NCBI GenBank assembly: GCA_023898465.1
Contig: CP060223.1
Coordinates: 192,001-256,000, forward strand
Reading direction: 5' to 3'
Length of the DNA stretch: 64,000 nucleotides
Origin: Candidatus Nomurabacteria bacterium
GTDB taxonomy: Bacteria > Patescibacteriota > Patescibacteriia > HK-STAS-PATE-3
The notes under the pieces were generated by a model that saw nothing but the letters and a program-made list of their open reading frames with translations, searched no databases and was not told where the DNA came from. Position numbers and translations under genes: made by a program. The number at the start of each line of letters is the position of its first letter. The first letter of the stretch is position 1. Below are positions 50,463 through 61,344 of the stretch, piece after piece.

Positions 50463-52550
50463 TTGCCACGAGAATATAGCCTAAATAACACCCGAAATAT
50501 TGGAATTATTGCGCACATTGACGCTGGTAAGACCACCGTGAGTGAGCGTATTTTGTATTACACCGGTAAGAAGCATAAAATCGGCGAGGTGCACGAGGGT
50601 GAAGCAGAAATGGACTGGATGGAGCAGGAGCGGGAACGTGGTATTACTATTACCGCTGCGGCTACCACCTGTTTCTGGAAAGACCATCGCATCAACATTA
50701 TCGATACCCCAGGTCACATTGACTTCACCGTAGAAGTACAGCGCTCTTTGCGCGTGCTTGATGGCGGTGTGGTGGTTTTTGATGGCGTGGCCGGTGTGGA
50801 ACCTCAGTCTGAAACTGTATGGAACCAAGCTGAGAAATTTGGCGTGCCTCGCATCTGTTTTGTGAACAAGATGGACCGCATGGGCGCAGATTTTTACAAA
50901 GACCTTGATTCAATTCATGAACGTCTTACCAAGAGCGCTCACCCGGTGCAGCTCCCAATTGGTGCTGCAGAAACCTTCCAAGGCATTATCGACCTCTTTA
51001 CCCGGACTGCTCGTGTATACACCGACGATATGGGTAAGGAATGGACAGATCAAGAAGTTCCGGAAGACATGAAAGAGCAGGTTGAGCAATATCGCAGCCA
51101 ACTCATTGAAGCAATTGTCGAGCACGATGAAGTATTGATGAATGCATACTTAGAAGGTAACGAACCTTCCATCGAAGATTTGCAAAAGACTCTCCGCAAA
51201 GCCTGCATTGCTAACCAATTAGTGCCGGTGCTTTGTGGCTCTGCTTTGAAGAACAAAGGCGTTCAGTTCTTAATGGATGCCGTAAACACGTACCTCCCAT
51301 CACCATTGGATGTGCCACCAGTGACCGGTACTGACCCGAAGACTGAACAGGAAGTGCAGCGAGAAACAGCTGATACTGCACCATTCTCAGCCTTAGCTTT
51401 CAAAATTGCTGCTGACCCATTTGTTGGTAAGCTTGCTTTCTTCCGTGTGTACTCTGGAATGATTAAGTCTGGCTCCTACATATACAATTCTACTACAGGA
51501 AATAAAGAGCGCATCGGTCGTATTGTTCGCTTGCACGCAAATCACCGAGAAGAAGTAGATGAGGTCTACGCCGGTGACATTGCCGCGGCCGTGGGATTAA
51601 AAGAAACAAAGACTGGTGACACGCTTTGCGATGAAGAGCACCCAATCGTGCTTGAATCCATTACCTTCCCAGCACCAGTTATCTCAGTGGCTATTGAGCC
51701 AAAAACCAAGGCTGACCAAGAAAAAATGGGTGTGGCGCTCGGTCGTTTGGCTGAAGAGGACCCAACTTTCCAGGTGAAATCTGACACTGAAACCGGTCAA
51801 ACCATTATTGCTGGTATGGGTGAACTTCACCTTGACATTATTGTCGATCGCATGAAGCGCGAGTTTAAAGTAGAAGCAAATGTTGGTAAGCCGCAGGTTG
51901 CCTACCGCGAAACCGTTACTGCCATGGCCGAGGGTGAAGGTAAATACATCCGTCAGTCAGGTGGACGCGGACAATATGGTCACTGTAAATTACGCGTCGA
52001 GCCTTTGGAACGCGGTACCGGCGTTGAGTTTGTTGACGCAGTAAAGGGCGGTAATATTCCTCGAGAGTACATCCCAGCTATTGAAAAAGGTATTCGCGAA
52101 GCGGCTGATAACGGTGTGTTGGCTGGTTATCCCTATGTTGACTTCCGAGCTACTGTACTTGATGGTAGTTATCACGAAGTCGACTCTTCAGAAGCGGCTT
52201 TCAAAATCGCTGGTTCTATGGGTTTGAAAGATGCCACTAAAAAGGCAAAGCCGGTTATTCTTGAGCCTGTTATGAAGATCGAAGTAGTAACTCCAGAAGA
52301 ATTCATGGGCGATGTGATTGGTGACCTGAACTCCAAGCGGGCAACTATTAAAGAAATGCGTGATCGAGCAAACACCAAAGTGATTGATGCTGATGTACCT
52401 TTGGCGGAAATGTTTGGCTATGCAACCGCACTTCGCTCCATGTCACAGGGCCGCGCTTCTTACTCTATGGAATTCTCACACTATGAGATTGTGCCACAGC
52501 ATGTTGCTGATACCATCATCGGTGAAAAGGCCAAAGCAAAAGCTGAATAG
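50463..52550 (+). CDS. fusA: Elongation factor G
   Basis: 695 aa; G1 [21 protein letters not shown]; all five EF-G domains. Confidence 0.95.
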   Translation: MPREYSLNNTRNIGIIAHIDAGKTTVSERILYYTGKKHKIGEVHEGEAEMDWMEQERERGITITAAATTCFWKDHRINIIDTPGHIDFTVEVQRSLRVLDGGVVVFDGVAGVEPQSETVWNQAEKFGVPRICFVNKMDRMGADFYKDLDSIHERLTKSAHPVQLPIGAAETFQGIIDLFTRTARVYTDDMGKEWTDQEVPEDMKEQVEQYRSQLIEAIVEHDEVLMNAYLEGNEPSIEDLQKTLRKACIANQLVPVLCGSALKNKGVQFLMDAVNTYLPSPLDVPPVTGTDPKTEQEVQRETADTAPFSALAFKIAADPFVGKLAFFRVYSGMIKSGSYIYNSTTGNKERIGRIVRLHANHREEVDEVYAGDIAAAVGLKETKTGDTLCDEEHPIVLESITFPAPVISVAIEPKTKADQEKMGVALGRLAEEDPTFQVKSDTETGQTIIAGMGELHLDIIVDRMKREFKVEANVGKPQVAYRETVTAMAEGEGKYIRQSGGRGQYGHCKLRVEPLERGTGVEFVDAVKGGNIPREYIPAIEKGIREAADNGVLAGYPYVDFRATVLDGSYHEVDSSEAAFKIAGSMGLKDATKKAKPVILEPVMKIEVVTPEEFMGDVIGDLNSKRATIKEMRDRANTKVIDADVPLAEMFGYATALRSMSQGRASYSMEFSHYEIVPQHVADTIIGEKAKAKAE

Positions 52551-52626
52551 GTAAAGAAATACTTAAGAAAATATGAAGCGTTCGTGATGGACAATCACGG
52601 GCGCTTTTGGTTATAGTGATGACGGT

Positions 52627-53961
52627 ATGAAAAAGCAACTCGGGCCCCTGAGGTCACAAGGCGCAGCCCAGCGCGGTAACATACGGATTTTTGGTACCGT
52701 GCTTTTTGTTGTAGTGACTATCGCAATGAGCGTTCTTTTACTACGGTTGCCAGAAAAAAAGAATGGCAAAATTGCTGACTTGCCCTTTACTCCAGCTGAA
52801 AGAGTTGCCACACAGCCTCAAGAAGTGTTAGGAGCAAGTGATTTACCAGCAGGCAAGATAGTGCTTGCGCAACGAAGCGTTGTGGCAATTGACGGACAGG
52901 GCAATAATGCTTACCAATACGCCTTCTTTCTCAGCGATTTTACTGGGCAGCATCGTTTTACTTTTGCAAAAAGAGACGACCTACTTTACGAGGCAATGCA
53001 AGTTGTCGGCGGCGCATATTTAGCTGTATACGACGACAGCGGAGTGGGCACTAAAGACGTGTTCCGCTTTGATGGACAAGATCCATCATCCACCTTTGTT
53101 CCTCCATATCAGCCTGAAGGCGCTCTTTTTAGCGAGGATGGAAGCCAAATGGCATATGTGGAGAGTGATGAAATAGGTGATATGACGGTTATCGTGCGGA
53201 ATATGTCCACAAATGAGGTAGAGGAGTATGCCTCATCTGCGTTTTCCACAGACCCTGACGCTTCGCTGCTCCTCCAACCTTTAGCCTTTAGTATGGATAA
53301 TCAGGAGCTTTACATTGAGGCGATGCAGGATATTGGGCTCACTACTTCGCCCTATGTGCTTTATCGGGTCCAACTGTCTGATGCGTCAGTCACAACTGTA
53401 TTTCAGCAGGGTGAAGATGAGGTCAATACGCATTTTAAGCAGTTAGTAGGCCTTTTTTCCGATATGAATATGGCACTTTTTGAATCCCTCGATTATGGGG
53501 CTGCCAGTACGGCAATTGATAATGTGAATGTAAAAACCACTTTTACGACGCTCGATTTGACTACATTGGAGCAAAATGAATGGTTTCAGTATGAAAATGT
53601 AGCCTCACCCCTTGCGCACCAATACGCTTCTTTGAGTCCGGATCGGCAGTGGCTAGCCTTGGAATCGCTTGATCAGACAAATCCAGGAGTACTTCTTTGG
53701 AATACCGAGGATAAGTCATTCCGACGCTTAACAGCTACTGGTTCCTTCTTAGCCTGGAGTCCAGATAGTCGCTTTGTACTGACCGAGCAGGTGACTTTTG
53801 ATAATTCCGGGGCCTACACCTTGAGCTCAATTGACTTACAGAGCGGTAAGGAATATGTGATTTTTCAGCAAAGTGACCTAAGTGAAGGCACGGGTTTGAA
53901 TCAAATAGGCGATAGCTTTAGCTTGTTCTTGGGTATTGCCAGTGACTTATCCACAATCTAG
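52627..53961 (+). CDS. Membrane-anchored PD40/TolB-like beta-propeller protein inserted between fusA and tuf
   Basis: 444 aa; N-terminal TM (IRIFGTVLFVVVTIAMSVLLL); PD40-like blades (…YASLSPDRQWLALES…, …LAWSPDSRFVLTEQ…). Confidence 0.55.
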   Translation: MKKQLGPLRSQGAAQRGNIRIFGTVLFVVVTIAMSVLLLRLPEKKNGKIADLPFTPAERVATQPQEVLGASDLPAGKIVLAQRSVVAIDGQGNNAYQYAFFLSDFTGQHRFTFAKRDDLLYEAMQVVGGAYLAVYDDSGVGTKDVFRFDGQDPSSTFVPPYQPEGALFSEDGSQMAYVESDEIGDMTVIVRNMSTNEVEEYASSAFSTDPDASLLLQPLAFSMDNQELYIEAMQDIGLTTSPYVLYRVQLSDASVTTVFQQGEDEVNTHFKQLVGLFSDMNMALFESLDYGAASTAIDNVNVKTTFTTLDLTTLEQNEWFQYENVASPLAHQYASLSPDRQWLALESLDQTNPGVLLWNTEDKSFRRLTATGSFLAWSPDSRFVLTEQVTFDNSGAYTLSSIDLQSGKEYVIFQQSDLSEGTGLNQIGDSFSLFLGIASDLSTI

Positions 53962-54045
53962 GTTTTTGGATAAAAGACTGCTAAAAACTTAATTTGGCTA
54001 ATATTAGCAAAATTTATTTTATCTTGAAAAACTAGGCCTAAACCC

Positions 54046-54074
54046 TTGCCAGGACAAAACAAGCCTGCTATACT
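54046..54074 (+). promoter_or_regulatory. Candidate sigma70 promoter of tuf (TTGCCA-17-TATACT)
   Basis: -35 TTGCCA 54046-54051, 17-nt spacer, -10 TATACT 54069-54074, ~70 nt upstream of tuf ATG. Confidence 0.5.
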
Positions 54075-54144
54075 CGCCAGTGCATTCTGTCAAAGAATGC
54101 GCCAATAATCATTGAATTTAATTGCAAATTAATCTCTAGAGAAC

Positions 54145-55329
54145 ATGGCAGAAAATTTTGAACGCTCGAAACCTCACAAGAACGTCGGTACTATTGGTCA
54201 CGTAGACCATGGTAAGACGACTTTAACTGCAGCAATCCTGAAGACATTGACTGACGCTGGTATGAAAGCGTCCAATCGTTCTGTCGATGAGATTGATAGC
54301 GCGCCTGAAGAAAAGGCACGCGGTATTACTATTGCTACTGCGCACGTTGAGTATGAGACTGAAAAGTATCACTATGCGCACGTTGACTGTCCTGGTCACG
54401 CTGACTATGTGAAAAACATGATCACCGGTGCCGCACAGATGGACGGTGCTATCTTGGTGGTGTCAGCAACTGACGGTCCTATGCCTCAGACTCGCGAACA
54501 CATTCTCTTGGCCTACCAGGTTGGTGTGCCAAAGATTGTCGTTTTCTTGAACAAAATTGACCAAGTCCAAGACCAAGAGCTTATTGAATTGGTTGAAGTT
54601 GAAATTCGCGATCTCTTGAAGAAGTACGAATATCCTGGCGATGAAGTGCCGATTATTCGCGGTTCAGCTTTGAAGGCCTTAGAAGGCGACGAAGAAGCTA
54701 AGAAATCCATCATGGAGCTTATGAAGGCTGTTGATGAGTATATTCCTGAGCCTGTTCGTGAAACAGAAAAGTCCTTCCTCATGCCTGTAGAAGATATCTT
54801 CTCCATTGAAGGTCGTGGTACCGTGGTTACCGGTCGTATTGAGAGCGGTATCATCAAGGTAAACGAAGAAGTTGAAATCGTCGGTATCCGAGACACCCAG
54901 AAGACTGTGGTGACCGGAGTAGAAATGTTCAACAAGACTTTGGACGAAGGTCGCGCTGGCGATAACGCCGGTCTCTTGATCCGCGGTTTGAAAAAGGAAG
55001 ATGTGGAGCGCGGACAAGTCTTGGCCAAGCCGGGTACTATCACCCCGCACACTGAATTTGAATGTGAAGTCTATATCTTAACCAAGGATGAAGGTGGTCG
55101 ACACACTCCATTCTTCAAGGGATATAAACCACAGTTCTACATTCGTACGACTGATGTGACCGGTGAAGTGATTCTTCCAGAAAACACTGAAATGGTTATG
55201 CCTGGCGACACCGTCAACATCAAGGTTACTCTCCAGAGTCCGATTGCCTTAACCGAGCAGCAGCGCTTCGCCATCCGCGAAGGCGGCCACACGGTCGGCG
55301 CCGGAGTCGTCACTAAGATTCTTAAGTAA
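54145..55329 (+). CDS. tuf: Elongation factor Tu
   Basis: 394 aa; [22 protein letters not shown]; unmistakable EF-Tu. Confidence 0.95.
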   Translation: MAENFERSKPHKNVGTIGHVDHGKTTLTAAILKTLTDAGMKASNRSVDEIDSAPEEKARGITIATAHVEYETEKYHYAHVDCPGHADYVKNMITGAAQMDGAILVVSATDGPMPQTREHILLAYQVGVPKIVVFLNKIDQVQDQELIELVEVEIRDLLKKYEYPGDEVPIIRGSALKALEGDEEAKKSIMELMKAVDEYIPEPVRETEKSFLMPVEDIFSIEGRGTVVTGRIESGIIKVNEEVEIVGIRDTQKTVVTGVEMFNKTLDEGRAGDNAGLLIRGLKKEDVERGQVLAKPGTITPHTEFECEVYILTKDEGGRHTPFFKGYKPQFYIRTTDVTGEVILPENTEMVMPGDTVNIKVTLQSPIALTEQQRFAIREGGHTVGAGVVTKILK

Positions 55330-55407
55330 GTGCTTATCCGCCTCTCCTCACGGGACACCCAAGGACACGAGGCGGATTTGTAAAGCGATTCGATCATTCA
55401 ATCCACA

Positions 55408-55761
55408 ATGGCTGACAAGGAACACAAGGAAGCACCGAACAACGAAAGCGAAGCGCCATCGCAGCGTATTCGCATCAAGATTCGTGCATACGATCACAAG
55501 ATTGTAGACCAGTCGACTCGGACGATTATTGAAACTGCGCAGAAGTCTGGTGCAGCGGTAAAAGGACCAGTTCCTTTACCAACTGAGAAGACAAAGTACA
55601 CCGTACTGAAATCTTCCTTTGTGCATAAGAATGCTCGAGATCAATATGAAATGCGAGTGCACAAGCGCTTGCTGGACATTGTTGATCCGACACCAAAGAC
55701 TGTTGATGCATTGATGAGTTTGAGTCTACCAGCCGGTGTCGATATCGAAATTAAGATGTAA
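55408..55761 (+). CDS. rpsJ: 30S ribosomal protein S10 (with ~15-aa N-terminal extension)
   Basis: 117 aa; …[41 protein letters not shown]…. Confidence 0.9.
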   Translation: MADKEHKEAPNNESEAPSQRIRIKIRAYDHKIVDQSTRTIIETAQKSGAAVKGPVPLPTEKTKYTVLKSSFVHKNARDQYEMRVHKRLLDIVDPTPKTVDALMSLSLPAGVDIEIKM

Positions 55762-55990
55762 GTATGTCGATTGGTCAGTATATCTTACTTAATTTGCTGC
55801 CACTGATCGATTACCTTAAGTCTCTGTTTACTTAACACCTCGGTAATTGCGTTCTCGGGATGACAAGACTCGTAACGGTATAGCGTTAATCCCTAGATAA
55901 CCTTTTGCCAGCAAGCATCTCACCAACCGTGGTCATCAGGCCTCGTTCGGAAGTGATTGTCTGGCCTTCACGGTATTTTTGTGCAAGTGT

Positions 55991-56806
55991 ATGAAATTCA
56001 TTCTCGGTAAAAAACTTGGCATGTCTCAGCGCTTTCGACCTGACGGTACGAGAGTGTCAGTCACCCACGTGCAAGCCACTCCAATGGTTGTCACGCAGGT
56101 AAAGACAGCGGAAAAAGACGGCTATACTGCCGTCCAGCTTGGTATGACTGGCAAGCGTAATCTATCCAAGCCAGTTCAGCAGCACCTGAAGGATTTACCA
56201 CAAGTTGCCGAGCTGCATGAATTTCGCATGGACGACACTGCTAAATTCGAACGCGGTCAAACCTATACTGTACAGACTTTCACGCCAGGCGATGCCGTAA
56301 AGGTAACTGGAATTTCCAAAGGTAAAGGTTTCGCCGGTGTGGTAAAGCGTCATGGATTCGGCGGTAGTCCTAAAACACACGGTCATAAAGATCAACTTCG
56401 CATGCCTGGTTCCATTGGTGCAACAGACGCACAACGCGTTATGAAAGGTAAGCGCATGGCTGGTCGCATGGGCGCCGAACAAGTAACTATTCGCAATCTT
56501 GAAATCGTTGACATTGATGCCGAACATAATGAGCTCCTTATTTCCGGAGCAGTGCCTGGCGCGCGTCATGGATTGTTAATCATCACTGCTGAAGGAGATA
56601 TGCCTGAGCCAGTCCAAGAGCAAAAGCAGGAAGCTCCAGCAGAAGAGGTAAACAAGGTTGAGGAAGTTGCCAAGCCAGAAAATCCTGAAACTGAAGTAAA
56701 GGCAGAAGCGAGTGACGAAAAAACCGAAACCCCAGCAGCTGAAGTAACTCCAGAAAAGGCTGAAGAGAAAACTGAGGAAAATACCGAAGCGAAAAAGGAA
56801 GCCTAG
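55991..56806 (+). CDS. rplC: 50S ribosomal protein L3 with ~75-aa Glu/Lys-rich C-terminal extension
   Basis: Start at MKFILGKKLGMSQ (ORF track begins 55979); conserved L3 core; C-terminal tail …EPVQEQKQEAPAEEVNKVEEVAKPENPETEVKAEASDEKTETPAAEVTPEKAEEKTEENTEAKKEA. Confidence 0.9.
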   Translation: MKFILGKKLGMSQRFRPDGTRVSVTHVQATPMVVTQVKTAEKDGYTAVQLGMTGKRNLSKPVQQHLKDLPQVAELHEFRMDDTAKFERGQTYTVQTFTPGDAVKVTGISKGKGFAGVVKRHGFGGSPKTHGHKDQLRMPGSIGATDAQRVMKGKRMAGRMGAEQVTIRNLEIVDIDAEHNELLISGAVPGARHGLLIITAEGDMPEPVQEQKQEAPAEEVNKVEEVAKPENPETEVKAEASDEKTETPAAEVTPEKAEEKTEENTEAKKEA

Positions 56807-56808
56807 GT

Positions 56809-57159
56809 ATGAAGAAACGGGGGCAGACCTATAACAAGCTAGTCCGCGATCTCATCCCCGAGATTATCGCCGAAGACGGTTATCACGCTGAGATCAGGGT
56901 GCTCGATGAAGTAGAGTATCTCAAAGCCCTTCGAGAAAAACTTTTCGAAGAAGCTAAAGAACTTGCCGAGGCTCCTGATGTCACCGCGATAACCAATGAA
57001 CTCATTGATCTTTATGAAGTGCTCGCCGCCTTTGAAAAGGCCTATGGACTCCGTCACAGCGAAGTGATCGAGCTCCAGGAAAAGAAGCGAGCTGAGCGCG
57101 GTGGATTCAAGAAACGCCTCTTCCTAGTTCGCACAGAGCTGGATGAGGATGAAGAATAA
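56809..57159 (+). CDS. MazG-like all-alpha NTP pyrophosphohydrolase family protein inserted between rplC and rplD
   Basis: 116 aa; KLVRDLIPEII…EEAKELAEA…ELIDLYEVLAAF… pattern typical of MazG/HisE-like house-cleaning NTP-PPases. Confidence 0.55.
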   Translation: MKKRGQTYNKLVRDLIPEIIAEDGYHAEIRVLDEVEYLKALREKLFEEAKELAEAPDVTAITNELIDLYEVLAAFEKAYGLRHSEVIELQEKKRAERGGFKKRLFLVRTELDEDEE

Positions 57160-57802
57160 TTTCATGGAAAAAGTACAGACAACAATTCATGGTAAAGACG
57201 GCGCAGCTGCCGGAAATCTCGACCTCGACCCTTCAGTTTTCGGGATTGAGTGGAACGACGGATTAATCTATCAGGTCGTTCGCGTGCAGCAGCTTAATCG
57301 TCGACAGCCAGTGGCTCATACCAAAACTCGCGCAGAGGTGAGTGGTGGTGGTAAGAAGCCATGGCGTCAAAAAGGTACCGGTCGAGCCCGTCATGGTTCG
57401 ATTCGCTCGCCAATTTGGGTCGGTGGTGGTGTAGCCTTTGGTCCGCGCAATACTCGCGTGTATGCCTTAAAGGTGAACACCAAGGCCCGTCGTAAAGCGA
57501 TTCGTATGGCCTTGAGCGCCAAGTTACAGCACGATCAGATGTATGTGATTGATGATTTGCAGCTTGATCCAATGAAGACAAAGACCTTAGCTGACCTACT
57601 GAAGACGCATAAGTTAAAGAAGGTAACTCTGGTTCCTCCACAGCATATGCCTGAGCTGCGACGTATCGCAAAGAATATGCCTAATGTAAATGTTATCCGA
57701 GCTGACAGCTTAAATACCGTTGACATTCTGAACTCCAGCGTGTTATTGATGCCGAAGCAATCAGTCGAGGTAATTGAAAAAACTTTTCGTCCAAAAGAGT
57801 AA
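57143..57802 (+). CDS. rplD: 50S ribosomal protein L4
   Basis: 219 aa; …VSGGGKKPWRQKGTGRARHGSIRSPIWVGGGVAFGP…; alternative start MEKVQTT at 57164. Confidence 0.9.
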   Translation: MRMKNNFMEKVQTTIHGKDGAAAGNLDLDPSVFGIEWNDGLIYQVVRVQQLNRRQPVAHTKTRAEVSGGGKKPWRQKGTGRARHGSIRSPIWVGGGVAFGPRNTRVYALKVNTKARRKAIRMALSAKLQHDQMYVIDDLQLDPMKTKTLADLLKTHKLKKVTLVPPQHMPELRRIAKNMPNVNVIRADSLNTVDILNSSVLLMPKQSVEVIEKTFRPKE

Positions 57803-57808
57803 TCCATC

Positions 57809-58330
57809 ATGGGAATTTTTGACCGCTTCACTCAGAAGCAAGACAAGAAAACACTGCAGGAAAAAGCCTCTCGTTCTGAGCGTCAGAAGGAGACAGTGAA
57901 GGCTGCAGCCAAGCGAGCTGAGGAAGAAAAGAAAAAGTCTTTTCAGTCAGTCCCGGCAGCTGGTAAAAAATCTGAAGTAAAGGAAGAGAAGAAGGAAGTG
58001 GAAAAGACAAGTGCAGCTGCACCGGTCAAAGCTAAGAAGACTGACACTGCGGCAGCTGATACTGTGCTGGTAAGGCCGATTATTACTGAAAAAGCCGGAT
58101 ATCTCAGCGCTAAGCATCAATACATTTTCGAGGTGCATCCTCAAGCAAATAAGATCATGATTCAGAAGGCGATTGAAGCAAATTATGGCGTACGGCCAAT
58201 CCGGGTAAATATTATCACGGTAGCTGGTCGAGAAGTTCGTTACGGACGCACCACTGGCCGCACAAATTTCTGGAAAAAAGCAATTGTGACATTACCAAAA
58301 GATAAGACTATTGACGTGTACGAGGTCTAA
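57809..58330 (+). CDS. rplW: 50S ribosomal protein L23 with ~75-aa Lys/Glu-rich N-terminal extension
   Basis: 173 aa; conserved L23 core from …LVRPIITEKAGYLS… onward; N-terminal basic/acidic extension. Confidence 0.85.
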   Translation: MGIFDRFTQKQDKKTLQEKASRSERQKETVKAAAKRAEEEKKKSFQSVPAAGKKSEVKEEKKEVEKTSAAAPVKAKKTDTAAADTVLVRPIITEKAGYLSAKHQYIFEVHPQANKIMIQKAIEANYGVRPIRVNIITVAGREVRYGRTTGRTNFWKKAIVTLPKDKTIDVYEV

Positions 58331-58332
58331 GT

Positions 58333-59172
58333 ATGGCATTGAAGAAATACAAGCCAACCACACCTGGACGACGAGCCTCCTCAGTCGTCGATACCTCGTA
58401 TCTGACAAAGAAGCGTCCAGAGAAAAAGTTAATCTTCCGAGTGAAGAAGACGGGCGGACGTAACAGTCAGGGTAAAATTACTGTGCGTCACCGCGGCGGT
58501 GGCGAAAAGCGATTTTATCGCATGGTAGATTTTTTGCAGAATCGCTATGACGATGCAGCAAGCGTCATCGCGCTTGAGTATGATCCAAACCGCAGCGCTC
58601 ACATTGCATTGATCGAATTCCCTGATAAAGAGCGACGTTATATTCTCGCTCCACAAGGTTTGCAAGTTGGCGATACAGTTACTTCAGCTAAAGAGAAGAC
58701 TGCCATCCAAACCGGTAATCGCATGCCGATCGAGTTTATTCCAACTGGACTTTTCCTTCACAATATTGAATTGAAGCCGGGTGCAGGTGGGAAGCTTGTT
58801 CGTTCAGCTGGTATGCAGGCGAGCCTCATGGCCATCGATGGTGACTATGCGCAGATTAAGATGCCATCAGGTGAAGTACGAAAGTTTTCTAAAAAAGTGC
58901 ACGCGTCCATCGGTCAAATTGGAAATGTTGATCACGGTAATGTCCGCATTGGTAAGGCCGGTCGCGTACGCCGCATGGGTTTCCGTCCATCAGTTCGTGG
59001 TAAGGCCATGAACCCAGTTGATCACCCACACGGTGGTGGAGAAGGAAATCAGCCAATTGGTTTGAAGCATCCGAAGACCCCATGGGGCAAACCAGCCCTT
59101 GGCGTCCGTACTCGACGTCGTAAAGCGAGTGATGCATTGATTCTTCAACGTCGTAAAACTAAGAAGAGGTAA
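58333..59172 (+). CDS. rplB: 50S ribosomal protein L2
   Basis: 279 aa; …GRNSQGKITVRHRGGGEKR…, …HPHGGGEGNQPIG…. Confidence 0.95.
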   Translation: MALKKYKPTTPGRRASSVVDTSYLTKKRPEKKLIFRVKKTGGRNSQGKITVRHRGGGEKRFYRMVDFLQNRYDDAASVIALEYDPNRSAHIALIEFPDKERRYILAPQGLQVGDTVTSAKEKTAIQTGNRMPIEFIPTGLFLHNIELKPGAGGKLVRSAGMQASLMAIDGDYAQIKMPSGEVRKFSKKVHASIGQIGNVDHGNVRIGKAGRVRRMGFRPSVRGKAMNPVDHPHGGGEGNQPIGLKHPKTPWGKPALGVRTRRRKASDALILQRRKTKKR

Positions 59173-59175
59173 GCT

Positions 59176-59511
59176 ATGTCACGAAGTCTAAAAAAAGGAC
59201 CATGGACTGACCCAAAGCTTCTCAAAAAGCTGGAGAAGTTTAAGAAGGGCGATCGCACGGTTATCAAAACTTGGTCACGCGATTCAGTTATTACGCCTGA
59301 AATGGTTGGATTCACCTTCGGTGTGCACAATGGCAAAGATCATATTTCAGTATTCGTGGTAGAAAATATGGTAGGACATCGCTTAGGTGAATTCTCCCCA
59401 TCACGTAAATTTGTTCGACACGGTGGACGTATGCAAAAAGAGGCTGAGCAAGCCGCTGCTGCAGCTCAGAAAAAGCAGACTGAGGCAGCTCAAACACCCG
59501 CCAAAAAATAA
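59176..59511 (+). CDS. rpsS: 30S ribosomal protein S19 (with ~20-aa C-terminal extension)
   Basis: 111 aa; …[15 protein letters not shown]…[13 protein letters not shown]…. Confidence 0.9.
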   Translation: MSRSLKKGPWTDPKLLKKLEKFKKGDRTVIKTWSRDSVITPEMVGFTFGVHNGKDHISVFVVENMVGHRLGEFSPSRKFVRHGGRMQKEAEQAAAAAQKKQTEAAQTPAKK

Positions 59512-59516
59512 TAACT

Positions 59517-60020
59517 ATGGAATTTCGAGCTCACATTTCTTATTTGCGCATTGCCCCTCGTAAGGTTCGCTTAGTAGCCGGACTCTTGCGTGGTAAGCGT
59601 GTCGATCAAGCGCTGCACCAGCTGCAGATTCTTCGTAAGGGTTCTACTAGCCCCTTACGCAAACTCTTGCTCTCGGCAGTAGCAAATGCAGCAAAGCAAG
59701 ATAAAAAGGCTGAAGATTTGTATGTTGCCACATTAGTGGTAAACGAAGGACCTCGCTTAAAGCGTTACCGCCCACGAGCCTTTGGTCGAGCTGCAGTTAT
59801 TCTGAAACGATCTTCTCACATCACCCTTACCTTGACAGATCAGCAAAAGGGTGGCAAAAAGAGCAAGTTATCTGCAAAAGAAGAAGCAAAGTCTGCTGAA
59901 GCGACTGAAGTGAAGAAAGAAGAGAAAAAGGCAGAGACAAGTAAAGCTGCGGCCCCTAAAAAGACTGCAACAAAGAAAGCTACTACTTCAACGGTAAAAA
60001 AGCCTCGCGCTAAGAAATAG
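59517..60020 (+). CDS. rplV: 50S ribosomal protein L22 with Lys/Ala-rich C-terminal extension
   Basis: 167 aa; conserved L22 core (…ISYLRIAPRKVRLVAGLLRGKRVDQAL…); C-terminal K/A/E-rich ~50 aa. Confidence 0.9.
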   Translation: MEFRAHISYLRIAPRKVRLVAGLLRGKRVDQALHQLQILRKGSTSPLRKLLLSAVANAAKQDKKAEDLYVATLVVNEGPRLKRYRPRAFGRAAVILKRSSHITLTLTDQQKGGKKSKLSAKEEAKSAEATEVKKEEKKAETSKAAAPKKTATKKATTSTVKKPRAKK

Positions 60021-60021
60021 T

Positions 60022-60705
60022 ATGGGACAAAAAGTTCATCCAATTGGTTTTCGACTGGGTATTAATCGGAATTGGAATTCCCGATGGTTCTCAGCTCGTG
60101 CATATCGCGAATATCTGAAGCAGGATGTAAACATTCGTAAGCACATTACGAATAAGCTGAAAAATTCAGGTATTTCTCGCATCGACATCGAGCGTTCATC
60201 CGGCAGTATGACTGTCACCATTCATACCTCTAAGCCTGGCTTAGTGATCGGTCGTGGTGGCGCTGCTAGCGAAGAGTTGCGCGTTGAGATCCGCCGAAAA
60301 TTCATCCGAGACCCAAAGCTCCAACTGAAGTTGAGCATTCAAGAAATTACCCGCCCGGAAGTTGATGCAAATATCGTTGTCCAAAACGTTATTGAGCAAT
60401 TAGAAAAGCGTATGCCTTTCCGCCGCGTATTAAAGACCACGATTGAGTCAGTCAAGCGCGCAGGTGCTGAAGGTGTTAAAGTCATGGTAGCAGGTCGCCT
60501 CAACGGCGCAGAAATTGCTCGAACAGAATACTTAACCTGGGGCAAACTTCCTCTGCAAACCATTCGCGCGAACATTGATTACAGTCGCGGTGTGGCTCGA
60601 ACTATTTACGGCGCAATTGGCGTAAAGGTCTGGATTTATAAGGGTGAAGTCTTTGCTAAAGAGCAGGGCAATACTGAAGAAGAGCCTCTTGGAACGGTTC
60701 TCTAA
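60022..60705 (+). CDS. rpsC: 30S ribosomal protein S3
   Basis: 227 aa; KH domain and conserved …MGQKVHPIGFRLG…. Confidence 0.95.
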   Translation: MGQKVHPIGFRLGINRNWNSRWFSARAYREYLKQDVNIRKHITNKLKNSGISRIDIERSSGSMTVTIHTSKPGLVIGRGGAASEELRVEIRRKFIRDPKLQLKLSIQEITRPEVDANIVVQNVIEQLEKRMPFRRVLKTTIESVKRAGAEGVKVMVAGRLNGAEIARTEYLTWGKLPLQTIRANIDYSRGVARTIYGAIGVKVWIYKGEVFAKEQGNTEEEPLGTVL

Positions 60706-60720
60706 GCCAACAATTTTTCT

Positions 60721-61137
60721 ATGTTAACTCCACGTAAAGTAAAGCATCGTAAATGGCATCGCGGCCGAGTCCGCGGTAAAGCGCAGCGCAAAATCGCGTT
60801 GAGCTTCGGCCAATACGGCATCAAGGCGCAGAGCTCGGCTTGGATGACAGCTCGTCAAATTGAAGCAGCCCGCCGTGCCATCACTCGTTTTATGCAAAAA
60901 GGTGGTAAAGTCTGGATTCGCATTTTCCCTGATAAGCCAGTGACGATTAAAGGTAATGAAATCCGCATGGGTGGAGGTAAAGGTTCAGTTGATCACTATG
61001 TTGCCGTAGTGAAGCCAGGTACAGTACTCTTTGAGATCAGCGGTGTTGATCGCGATACGGCAAAAGAAGCACTTCGGCTCGCTTCCTACAAGCTGCCGGT
61101 GCAAACACGATTTATTGAAAAAGTACACGTCGCATGA
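60721..61137 (+). CDS. rplP: 50S ribosomal protein L16
   Basis: 138 aa; …[16 protein letters not shown]…[13 protein letters not shown]…. Confidence 0.95.
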   Translation: MLTPRKVKHRKWHRGRVRGKAQRKIALSFGQYGIKAQSSAWMTARQIEAARRAITRFMQKGGKVWIRIFPDKPVTIKGNEIRMGGGKGSVDHYVAVVKPGTVLFEISGVDRDTAKEALRLASYKLPVQTRFIEKVHVA

Positions 61138-61340
61138 AACAGCAGGAATTACAAAATAAGACTGCGGCTGAGCTACAAAAAATTCTGGCTGAGAAGCGAG
61201 CTGAGTTGCGTGAATTACGTTTCAAGGTTGCGAATGGTCAGCTCAAAGACGTGCGTGATGTACGAACAGTCCGTAAGACTATTGCCCGTGTGCTGACTAT
61301 GTTGCACACTATGAAGTCAAAAGCAACGTCAAACTCCTAA
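61134..61340 (+). CDS. rpmC: 50S ribosomal protein L29
   Basis: 68 aa; …ELRELRFKVANGQLKD…; position between rplP and rpsQ. Confidence 0.85.
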   Translation: MKQQELQNKTAAELQKILAEKRAELRELRFKVANGQLKDVRDVRTVRKTIARVLTMLHTMKSKATSNS

Positions 61341-61344
61341 TTTT

